Source: Planctomycetota bacterium | GTDB lineage: Bacteria; Planctomycetota; GCA-002687715; DRQF01 | DNA: 64,000 bases | Direction of reading: 5' to 3' | Assembly: GCA_027001995.1 (NCBI GenBank) | Contig: JALTLO010000022.1 | Span: 816 to 64,815 of the forward strand | In this document: positions 10,063 through 18,666 of the stretch, in pieces | Numbering within the stretch: the stretch's first letter is position 1 | How the letters are laid out: every line of letters starts with the position of its first letter | Made by a program: the position numbers and the translations under genes | Notes under the pieces: generated by a model | Database searches by the model: none | What the model was told of the DNA's origin: nothing | What the model saw: only the letters and a program-made list of their open reading frames with translations

Positions 10063-11778
10063 ATGCGTATTTTAGGCCTCAATCACGACATGTTCATTTC
10101 GTCTGCCGCCTTGATAGAGGACGGAAACGTCATCGCCGCTGTGGCCGAAGAGAGACTCACGCGAGATAAGCGCACTCGGGCTTTTCCCCGCAAGTCTATC
10201 GCCTATTGCCTCGAAGAAGCAGGCATCAAGATCGAAGATGTGGACGCCATCGCAACGTCCTGGAACCCAGGCGCCTACTTTCGCAAATTCAATCCCCTGG
10301 TTTCAAACAAACGTCGACACATGGCTGAGCATCTCTTTGCGGTGCCTGACCATTTGATCGATATGTTCCCCCAAGGAGACCACACAGCTCCCTGGCTCGA
10401 ACTGCGTATCCCCATCATGGGCCACATGTGCCGCGTCTTCTATGTCACCCATCATAGTGCTCATGCAGCAAACGCCTATCATCTGTCGCCTTTCGAGGAT
10501 GCGGCCATCTTGACTGCTGATTCCCAAGGAGAATACGAATCCACAACATTCCAGCATGGGCAGGGCAGCACGATCAGTAAACTCCGTTCCATAGACTTCC
10601 CCCAATCTCTGGGAGCTTTCTACGCTACATTCACCGAATTTCTTGGCTTTCGACCCAACTCTGATGAGTGGAAAGTCATGGCCTTGGGTGCCTACGAAGA
10701 GGGCCACAACCCTTATGACGACATTCTAGAAGAGGTGGTATCCCTGGATCAAGACGGAGGGTACACCTTCGATTTATCCTTCTTCCAAGGATTCATGCCA
10801 GACAAACTTAATCTTTACACCCCTCACCTCATCGCGCGCTTTGGCGAGGCACGTCAAGCTGACGAAGAATTGTGCCAAAGGCATTTCCAGATCGCCGGCG
10901 CCGTCCAAAGACGAGCGGAAAATCTAGCATTTCACATGATGCGCCAACTCCAAAAGGAAACCGGCTCCAAGAATCTTTGCGTCGCCGGAGGGTTCTTCAT
11001 GAACAGTCTGCTCAACGGCAAGATTCGCGAAAACACGCCTTTCGAAAAGGTCTTCATCTCATCCTGCCCTGACGACTCTGGCAATGCCATTGGCGCTGCC
11101 CTTTATGCCATGAATGACATCTTGGGCAACGACACCCGGGTCCCACAGACTCACAACTATTTTGGACCAGCTTTTGGCAACACCGAGATCGCAGAAGCCA
11201 TTGAAAAGTATGGCCTGAAAGCTGAACCTTGCGAAAATATCGCTGAGTCATGCGCCCAACTCCTTGAGGAGGGAGCGCTGATTGGCTGGTTCCAAGGAAG
11301 AATGGAATTGGGCCAAAGAGCCCTTGGTTGCCGATCGATCTTGGCCGACCCCCGGCAAGCTTCCACCCGGGATCAAGTGAACTTGGCAGTAAAATACCGC
11401 GAGAAGTTTCGACCATTCGCACCTGCAATTCTAAAGGAAGAAGCAGCCAAGTGGTTCAACATCGATTCTGATGTGGAGGTCCCGTTCATGGAACAAGTCC
11501 ACATGGTGCGGCCAGAAAAACGAGATGCCATCCCTGCTTGTGTGCATGCTGATGGAACAGGACGGCTTCAAACCGTGGACGCCGAAACAAACCTCTTGTT
11601 TCATCAGCTGATTTCTGCATTTCGCAAGAGGACTGGGGTTCCGGTCTTGCTCAATACATCTTTTAACCTCAATGGCGAGCCTGTTGTTTCGAATCCCACT
11701 GACGCCATTCGGACGTTCTTCTCTTGTGGCTTAGACGTCTTGGCTATGGGTAACTATTTAATCAAGAAGAACGGATGA
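10063..11778 (+). CDS. NodU/CmcH-family carbamoyltransferase
   Basis: The N-terminus MRILGLNHDMFISSAALIEDGNVIAAVAEERLTRDKRTRAFP is typical of the family, and the protein is 571 aa. It is translationally coupled to the upstream gene (TAGATG). Confidence 0.85.
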   Translation: MRILGLNHDMFISSAALIEDGNVIAAVAEERLTRDKRTRAFPRKSIAYCLEEAGIKIEDVDAIATSWNPGAYFRKFNPLVSNKRRHMAEHLFAVPDHLIDMFPQGDHTAPWLELRIPIMGHMCRVFYVTHHSAHAANAYHLSPFEDAAILTADSQGEYESTTFQHGQGSTISKLRSIDFPQSLGAFYATFTEFLGFRPNSDEWKVMALGAYEEGHNPYDDILEEVVSLDQDGGYTFDLSFFQGFMPDKLNLYTPHLIARFGEARQADEELCQRHFQIAGAVQRRAENLAFHMMRQLQKETGSKNLCVAGGFFMNSLLNGKIRENTPFEKVFISSCPDDSGNAIGAALYAMNDILGNDTRVPQTHNYFGPAFGNTEIAEAIEKYGLKAEPCENIAESCAQLLEEGALIGWFQGRMELGQRALGCRSILADPRQASTRDQVNLAVKYREKFRPFAPAILKEEAAKWFNIDSDVEVPFMEQVHMVRPEKRDAIPACVHADGTGRLQTVDAETNLLFHQLISAFRKRTGVPVLLNTSFNLNGEPVVSNPTDAIRTFFSCGLDVLAMGNYLIKKNG

Positions 11779-12473
11779 AAACGGTCTGCATTCATCAACC
11801 CGATTTTGCTCCTTGGTTAGGATTCTTTGACCGGCTCATAGACGCCGATGTCTACGTTGTCTTCGACGATGCGCAATTTCTACGAAGAGGATGGCACCAC
11901 CGGGATAAGATTATAGGACCCCAAGGGACCCAGTGGCTTACGGTCCCCGTCCTCAAAAAAGGCCGCTACCACCAAGAGATACGAGACGTCAAAATCGACG
12001 AAAGCACGAACTGGCGGCGAAAACACTTGCAAACATTAACCAGTGTCTATGGTAGTCGCCCTGGCTTTGAATCGACTCACCATCAAATCACGGAGATATA
12101 CGATCGCCAGCATGAGCGCTTGATCGACCTCAACATGGATCTCATTTCTTGGCTCCTGAGAGTTCTTGACATCGAAGTTCAGATCTGCATGAGCTCTGAA
12201 TTCGGCCTCAAATCTAAGTCTACGGATCGTTTAGTCGAGTTAACACAAGCTTTGGGGGGCACGACGTACATTTCAGGTTTGGGTGCCAAGAACTACTTAG
12301 ACGAAGAGGCATTTCGCCAGCAAAACATCAAAGTACGCTGGCAAGAGTTCCTCCACCCCACTTGGGATCAAGGCCAAAGTACGTTTCTTTCTATGCTTTC
12401 CACACTAGACACCTTGTACCAAGGTGCAACTCAGACGAAGATGCTGTCCAGAGAGGGGCAGGACGAAAGTTGA
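11775..12473 (+). CDS. WbqC-like family protein (function unknown, found in O-antigen/nonulosonate clusters)
   Basis: The N-terminus MKTVCIHQPDFAPWLGFFDRL matches the WbqC-like signature (IHQPxxxPWLGxF). It overlaps the upstream gene's stop as ATGA. Confidence 0.6.
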   Translation: MKTVCIHQPDFAPWLGFFDRLIDADVYVVFDDAQFLRRGWHHRDKIIGPQGTQWLTVPVLKKGRYHQEIRDVKIDESTNWRRKHLQTLTSVYGSRPGFESTHHQITEIYDRQHERLIDLNMDLISWLLRVLDIEVQICMSSEFGLKSKSTDRLVELTQALGGTTYISGLGAKNYLDEEAFRQQNIKVRWQEFLHPTWDQGQSTFLSMLSTLDTLYQGATQTKMLSREGQDES

Positions 12474-12500
12474 ACAGCATCGTTAATCGGAGCCGAGCCC

Positions 12501-13469
12501 TTGACCATCGAAATCGTCAAACAAACGGACCACGACGGGACTAGTCTCGCCCGGGTCATAGCGCGACTTCGGCGCTTGCCCCATGATGAGATAGTAGGAT
12601 TAGATCAACATCTTCGCCGCCTTGCTCTGGAGCGGGATCTAAAGAAAAACTTGAACGACCCATCGGTCCACATATGGGTCGGCCGTGAAAAAGGCGAAGA
12701 CACGGGCATCGCAGTGCTCAAACATCTCACTTGGGATAGTGAGATCTTGGGGGTGAGCTGCGCTTCCATTGCAATTTATCTTACCGATTGCGATCAATCT
12801 TCCCGCCAAGCTACAGCCTCTCTCCTCATTCACCAGGCCCTACTCCGCTGTCGTACAGAGGACATTCACTTCGTTTCAACAAAAGTCTTCAGCGACCAAT
12901 TCGCTCAAATACACGCCCTTGAAGATCTCAATTTCCGTCTCATGGATGCAGAAATGATCTTGCGCTACCACGGCGAACGAGACGAGATTCAAGACGTCCC
13001 GGAAATCAACTTCGTCAAAAAACAGAAGGAAGAAGTCCCCGGGTTGTCCACCATGGGCAAGCTCTTTCACATGAGCCGCTTCTTCGCCGACCCTAAGTTA
13101 GGCCCCGAACGGGCAGACCGACTCTGGCAAGAAAGCGTTACTGATAGCTGTCGTGGCCATGCAGATAGTTTCCTCGTGGCTATGGAAGACAACAAGGCAC
13201 AAGGTTTCGTCACCTTCATGGACAACCCCGATTTCTTCGGTTTGGGGGGTCCATCCATACGCAACTTTTTCCATGTGGGTATCGCCCAAGAAGCCCAAGG
13301 CAAAGGCCTGGGCACTGCCCTCATTCATGCTGCCCTCCGTGACAGCAGCGCCTTTGACCACATCATGGTCGAAACCCAATCCCGTAACACAGGCGCCTTA
13401 GCTCTCTACCAAAAATGCGGTTTCCGCATCCTCGGCTCCCGCTTCGCCTTCCATTTGTGGATGGCTTAG
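12501..13469 (+). CDS. GNAT-family N-acetyltransferase (two GNAT-like halves; PseH-like candidate)
   Basis: The C-terminus HVGIAQEAQGKGLGTALIHAAL...ALYQKCGF is an acetyl-CoA-binding motif. The start is a TTG, and the exact start is uncertain. Confidence 0.7.
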   Translation: MTIEIVKQTDHDGTSLARVIARLRRLPHDEIVGLDQHLRRLALERDLKKNLNDPSVHIWVGREKGEDTGIAVLKHLTWDSEILGVSCASIAIYLTDCDQSSRQATASLLIHQALLRCRTEDIHFVSTKVFSDQFAQIHALEDLNFRLMDAEMILRYHGERDEIQDVPEINFVKKQKEEVPGLSTMGKLFHMSRFFADPKLGPERADRLWQESVTDSCRGHADSFLVAMEDNKAQGFVTFMDNPDFFGLGGPSIRNFFHVGIAQEAQGKGLGTALIHAALRDSSAFDHIMVETQSRNTGALALYQKCGFRILGSRFAFHLWMA

Positions 13470-13488
13470 CCCGCTTGCGACTGTCAAC

Positions 13489-13504
13489 GGCATGGATATT
13501 GCAT
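13489..13504 (+). promoter_or_regulatory. Candidate sigma-54 (-24/-12) promoter upstream of hpf
   Basis: CGGCAT-ggata-TTGCA, with correct GG-N10-GC spacing, lies 31 nt upstream of the hpf ATG. Confidence 0.4.
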
Positions 13505-13534
13505 GGTATTGGGTAGACAAACTGGAGATCAATC

Positions 13535-13870
13535 ATGACTTATCAACCGCAAGTAAGTTGGCGCAATTTGGCTCCCCACAAAGGTGTACTCCATGAAATC
13601 GACGACGCCATGGCAAAACTCGAAGAAAGATTCGGCCCACCTTCGAGTATGCGCATTGTCGCTTCCCCCGGTAAGACCGGTCACGGGGACCACTTGGCTA
13701 TGAACTTCAAGCTCGAAATGCACCTTCAAGGCCAGGATTTTATGGTTACACATGACCACAGGAGTAAAGATGACTCAGGATCACCGGTCTCTGGAATTCG
13801 ACACGCATTCGAAATCCTTAAGAACCAAGTGACCCACAACTTGGATCGAAGACGGGATATCTCCCGCTAA
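13535..13870 (+). CDS. hpf: Ribosome hibernation promoting factor / RaiA (S30AE, sigma-54 modulation protein family), short form
   Basis: The 111-aa product shows the alpha/beta pattern and the LAKLEERF and HAFEILKNQV segments typical of HPF/YfiA. Confidence 0.7.
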   Translation: MTYQPQVSWRNLAPHKGVLHEIDDAMAKLEERFGPPSSMRIVASPGKTGHGDHLAMNFKLEMHLQGQDFMVTHDHRSKDDSGSPVSGIRHAFEILKNQVTHNLDRRRDISR

Positions 13871-14136
13871 GAAGTCACAACCAGAGGATTCAATGAGCCC
13901 CGCCGCTGAGCTTTGTTCCGCTTAGCAACAACTTGATGGATCTTGGCTTTCTTCAGCCAGTTTCGTTGATGGCCAAAAGTCGGGGAATCTCACCCAGGGG
14001 GCCCATTCGAGAAAAGTTTATCCGACTTTTTTTGGTGCCAATGTGGATTCATGCCGAGTCCAGCAAGTCTCTGCCTCAAATGTTCATCTCGTCTGTCCCC
14101 AGCACGGGGACCCAAAGTAACAGCGCGGGCCCATGA

Positions 14137-14658
14137 ATGAGCCTGGCAAATAAAGGAAGAAAAATGACCGATTCAACAAAGGAAAACTCATGGGAGCGAC
14201 TCACAGCGAAGGACATGATGCAAAGCGGCATGGTCACTGTTTCTTTGGAAGCGACCGCCAGCGAAATCGAGTGTGTATTGGTAGAAAACAAGGTCTCTGG
14301 CGTACCGGTCCGGGACAGCGGCGACAAGATTGTCGGCCTTGTTTCCTGGCGCGACGTCATGGGATATTTCGCTGAGAACAGCCACAGCGATCCTCACAAT
14401 CCCCATGCATTCTATCGTTTCATCGATTCTGAGACTCTTGAACTCGGTAGCGAAATTGAGATCCCCGTTGATGAGACGGTGACAGCAAGGGATGTCATGA
14501 GCACAGAACTTCTCACAACCCCGGCCAATTCATCTCTCAAAGTCGTGGCCAAACTCATGACCGATCACGGTGTCCACCGTGTCCTCGTGACCAACCCATT
14601 TGGCGACATCATCGGTATTCTCAGCACACTTGATATCCTGCGTTCCTTGGCTAGCTAA
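14137..14658 (+). CDS. CBS-domain pair protein
   Basis: Two CBS motifs are present: one at DMMQSGMVTVS...VSGVPV (region 4-60) and one at DVMSTELLTTP...VHRVLV. Confidence 0.8.
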   Translation: MSLANKGRKMTDSTKENSWERLTAKDMMQSGMVTVSLEATASEIECVLVENKVSGVPVRDSGDKIVGLVSWRDVMGYFAENSHSDPHNPHAFYRFIDSETLELGSEIEIPVDETVTARDVMSTELLTTPANSSLKVVAKLMTDHGVHRVLVTNPFGDIIGILSTLDILRSLAS

Positions 14659-14760
14659 GCCACCTTTGGAGAGACGCCACCCAAGGCGATTTTGATAAGT
14701 CGCAACCCTGGATTCGAGTTTCTTGACCACGACATCGAAGGAGCAAGGGGCCAGGTATAG

Positions 14761-14796
14761 CGCAATAAGAAAAGAGGCGACTTTTCTTATTGCGCG
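14761..14796. repeat. Perfect 15-bp inverted repeat (GCGCAATAAGAAAAG-aggcga-CTTTTCTTATTGCGC)
   Basis: This is read directly from the sequence. No U-tract follows it on either strand. Confidence 0.6.
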
Positions 14797-14965
14797 GTGC
14801 GAAAAATGACTCACTCAATTCATCTTGATCCCCACCCAATCAGAGAGAAGGATCTACCTGTTGATGATGTCTCGCAATCTACGGAATTATCTTTAGCTTA
14901 AGATCCTTTCGTCGCGGGTTTCAGCACCTTCGCTGTTCAACGGAATTGGAAAACTTGGAGAATAC

Positions 14966-16571
14966 GATGATGATGAGCCGTACCTTCGCATGCTTCTTAG
15001 CACTTGCCTTGGTTCTCGGATTTTCAGGCTCTGCACTGAGCCAGGACAGAGATGACTTGGCGCGAGAAGTGCGCCGCCTCAACAAGAAACTCAATGCAAT
15101 CAGCACCGTTCAAGAACGGCTTGTTGGTGAGAACGAGCATTTACGCAAGGACAATGCTGAACTGCGTAGTTTGATCAACAACGAACGAGTTCCAGTGAGC
15201 GAACTGGAAACCTCGTTAAATGCTCTGGGCGACACAATCGAAAACGCTGGAACGGTAGTAGAATCAACTGCCAACCCCATCACCCTTTCTGGGCAATTCC
15301 GGTTTCGTGCCGGTTTCATTTCGAACCGTGATTTCGGCGCAAGCCCGAATTCGAATGGTGGCGACTTGGGAGATGACAGCGGTACTTTCGTTGATGCTCG
15401 GATCAACGTGGCCTTCGACTTCGCCCTGGCCCGCAATGTAACAACTCACTTCGAATTGATTTCCTCTGGACTTTTCGAGAACGGAAACACAAACCAAAAC
15501 ACGGGAACGTTGGCTGAAGTCGATCTTTATCAAGGTTACGTCCATTTCGACAAGCTTTTCGGAACCGACGAGATTGGACTCAGAGCAGGGCGACAAGAGA
15601 TTGCACTTGGCAACGAGTTGTTCTTTGGCAACAATAGTTTCTTCGGTGGTGAGACATTTGACGCAACCCTTGTCTGGTGGGCGCAGAAAGAATGGAGCCT
15701 CATTTTCGTATGGGCAAAATTCGACATCGCTCAAGCCAGCAATCCAAGTGGCCAACCTTACCCCACCTACTTAGCTGGCCATGGGTTCGATGACGACGAG
15801 GCTTACGCCCTCTACTTCACCCTCAACACCATCGAGAATCACGTTCTTGACCTCTACTACTTCTTCCTCAACATAAACAACGTTGCGGGAGCATCTACGG
15901 GAACTTTGGGCAACGGATTCCCACCAGACACATTTGCTCACGTCCTTGGCATTCGCTTGGCCGGAGACCACGCCAGCATCGCTGAAGGGTTGGACTACAA
16001 CATTGAATTCGCCTACGAGACTGGGGACATCAATAGTGCCGCCATTGACTTGGAAGGGTTTATCGTCGAAGCAGAGTTAGGCGTTACCTTCAACGCCGAC
16101 ACTAAATTCCGGGTGTTTGGACGCTTCGTTTATGCGAACGGCGCCAGCGGCAACAATTCTGGATTTGTTCCTTTGTTTCCTGATCGTCAGGAGCAAGTCA
16201 ATTGGGACGACCACACTGCCAGTCGGGCTCGTTGGGGTTTGATGAACATCATTCCTTTGACCAACGTAATCTCCGGACAAATCGGATTCACCTTCCGTCC
16301 CGCAGAGGATTGGATCTTCGGTATGACCGTTCTCGGAGCTTGGCGTGACGAAGATGTCATCACGACGGATGGTAATTCCAAAGGTGGTATTGGTTGGGAA
16401 ATCGATGCTTTCGCGGACTACCGTTATAGCACCGACACCACGATCAGCTTGGGTCTCGGGGTCTTCCTTCCTACAGAAGGCGCGCCGCTTGAGAATTCCC
16501 CCATTAGCGCTGGCAATAACGAAGACGAAGCCGCATTCCTCTTCTATCTCCAGTCACTGACAACCTTCTAG
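14966..16571 (+). CDS. Outer-membrane beta-barrel protein (porin-like) with N-terminal periplasmic coiled coil
   Basis: It has a signal peptide (MMMSRTFACFLALALVLGFSGSALSQ) and a heptad coiled coil (LNKKLNAIS...LRKDNAELRSL). The rest alternates hydrophobic, Gly/Asn/Asp-rich beta strands, and it ends in a terminal Phe (LQSLTTF). GGAG lies 8 nt upstream of the ATG. Confidence 0.6.
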
Positions 16572-16596
16572 CCTCAATCCATTTCGATCGACTGAA

Positions 16597-16628
16597 AGAG
16601 CACGGCGATAGCCGTGCTCTTTTTTTTG
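16597..16628 (+). terminator. Rho-independent terminator
   Basis: The hairpin AGAGCACGGC-gata-GCCGTGCTCT is followed by T8. Confidence 0.75.
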
Positions 16629-16966
16629 CTAGATGTCGCCCCACAACAAACGACACTCCTCGAATAAAAACCCACGACCACTGGGTATCCAAAAGATTAT
16701 TGGTGAGATTCCTCAATTCTCCTCAACAGCCATGCAAAGGGCTTCCGACAAGGGCTACAAGGAAAAAATGCCGTCAGGACAAATCGTTTCCTCGTGAAAC
16801 AGGACTTCCGGATAGGCACCAACGGGCCCAGATGCGATCGCGGCAGAACCGAACGCTGCGGAGAAATGGATAGAACCCAAGAAAAACTGCTTTAAGTGCA
16901 GGGGGCATCCTCCCGTGAGGATCAGTTCATAGGGCTCGATTTAATTGGAATAGTTTGGAGAGAAGG

Positions 16967-18562
16967 ATGCTTTATCGCACCGTAATTTGCACATTCACTT
17001 TGGCCCTCACTTTGGGCAGCGCGTGCTTGGGACAGACACAAGATCGAAATGACTTTGAAGCTAAGCTAAGACACTTAAACGCAAAGCTCGAGAACATTGG
17101 CGCCACCCAGGAGCGTCTGATCATCGAGAACGCAAAACTGCGCCGTGACAATGACGAACTCCGTGACCTTGTTGATAACCGACAAACGGCACACTCGGAG
17201 CTCGAGGTTTCCTTGAATGCATTGGCAGATGCAGCTCTCGATTCTGAAGGCGCAGCAGTGGTCTCCAATGCTAACCCCATTACCGTAAGTGGCGCTTTCC
17301 GATTCCGTCTTGGGTTCACAGCCAACCGTGATTTCGGAAGCAGCAATCAGGGCAACGACTCCAGCGACGACAACGGCACTTACATTGACGGACGCATCAA
17401 TGTTGCTTTCGACTTTGCTTTGGCGAGGAACGTCACCGGACGATTCGAGATGATTTCCGCTGGCCTATTCGAGAATAGTGCAGCCAATCACAACACTGGA
17501 ACGCTTGATGAAGTTGATCTCTACCAAGGCTACATTGCTATCGACGGGATCTTTGGACGCGATGAGTTAGGACTCAAAATCGGTCGACAGGAGATTGTCT
17601 TAGGCAGTGAACTGTGGTTTGGGAACAACAGTTTCTACGGCGGCGAAACATTCGATGCGGTTCTCGCATGGTGGAATCAAGACGAGTTCTTCCTCGGTTT
17701 GGTATGGGCCAAGATGGATATTCGAAGCACTTACAATGCGGCTGGACACCCCTACGTTCCTTTTCAAGTTGGCAATGGCTACGATGACAATGACGCCTTC
17801 GCCGCTTACTTCACCTTAAAGACAATCGAGAACCATGTTCTGGATCTCTACTATTTCTTCTGGAACGACAACGGTCCCGGAGGAACATTCGGAACCTTGG
17901 GCAATCTCTTCCCTGCTGACACATTCGCCCATGTTTTTGGCATTCGCTTAGCTGGTGACTTGCCAAACGTGGCGGCAGGTTTGGACTACAGCTTGGAATT
18001 CGCTTATGAAACCGGTGACATCGACAGCTTAGGCATCGACATGGAAGGTTTCATCTTTGAAGCCGGTGTTGGAATAACTTTCAACGCTAACAATCTCCTT
18101 CGTGTGGCAGCCGGTTTCATCTTTGCAGAAGGACCAGATTCTGGTGACTCTGGCTTCGTCCCTCTATTCGTCGACCGTCACGAGCAGGTCAACTGGGATG
18201 ACCACACAGCTAGGCGCGCTCGCTGGGGTTTGATGGACATCATTCCCCTCACCAACGTGATAGCTGGTCAAATCGGCCTGACATTCCGACCTGCTGAAGA
18301 TTGGATCTTCGGTGCCACCTTCTTGGGGGCTTGGCGGGATCAATCGGTCTTGACCACAGACGGCGATACCGAAGATGGTATTGGCTGGGAGATCGATGTA
18401 TTCGCCGACTATCGCTACAGCGCCGAAACAACAATCAGTGTTGGAGTTGGGGTTTTCATCCCGAATGAAGGGGCGCCGCTTCAAAACTCAGCTCTGAGTG
18501 CCGGTAACAATGAGGATGACGCAACCTTCCTGATGTACCTGCAAGCATTGACCACCTTCTGA
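16967..18562 (+). CDS. Outer-membrane beta-barrel protein, tandem paralog of 14966-16571
   Basis: It is about 60% identical to the upstream gene and has the same architecture: signal peptide, coiled coil, beta-barrel region and C-terminal LQALTTF. GGAGAGAAGG lies upstream of the ATG. Confidence 0.6.
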   Translation: MLYRTVICTFTLALTLGSACLGQTQDRNDFEAKLRHLNAKLENIGATQERLIIENAKLRRDNDELRDLVDNRQTAHSELEVSLNALADAALDSEGAAVVSNANPITVSGAFRFRLGFTANRDFGSSNQGNDSSDDNGTYIDGRINVAFDFALARNVTGRFEMISAGLFENSAANHNTGTLDEVDLYQGYIAIDGIFGRDELGLKIGRQEIVLGSELWFGNNSFYGGETFDAVLAWWNQDEFFLGLVWAKMDIRSTYNAAGHPYVPFQVGNGYDDNDAFAAYFTLKTIENHVLDLYYFFWNDNGPGGTFGTLGNLFPADTFAHVFGIRLAGDLPNVAAGLDYSLEFAYETGDIDSLGIDMEGFIFEAGVGITFNANNLLRVAAGFIFAEGPDSGDSGFVPLFVDRHEQVNWDDHTARRARWGLMDIIPLTNVIAGQIGLTFRPAEDWIFGATFLGAWRDQSVLTTDGDTEDGIGWEIDVFADYRYSAETTISVGVGVFIPNEGAPLQNSALSAGNNEDDATFLMYLQALTTF

Positions 18563-18596
18563 TCTCAAGTCCAACTTGAAGTCACCGACCCAAAAA

Positions 18597-18630
18597 GGGC
18601 CATCGCTTCGAAGCGATGGCCCTATTTTCG
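18597..18630. terminator. Hairpin terminator between convergent genes
   Basis: The stem GGGCCATCGCTTCGAAGCGATGGCCC (perfect 11-bp arms) is followed by TATTTTCG. It could serve both convergent genes. Confidence 0.6.
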
Positions 18631-18666
18631 TTGCCAAATGTCATGGCAATCTGTCGAGAACAAGAA

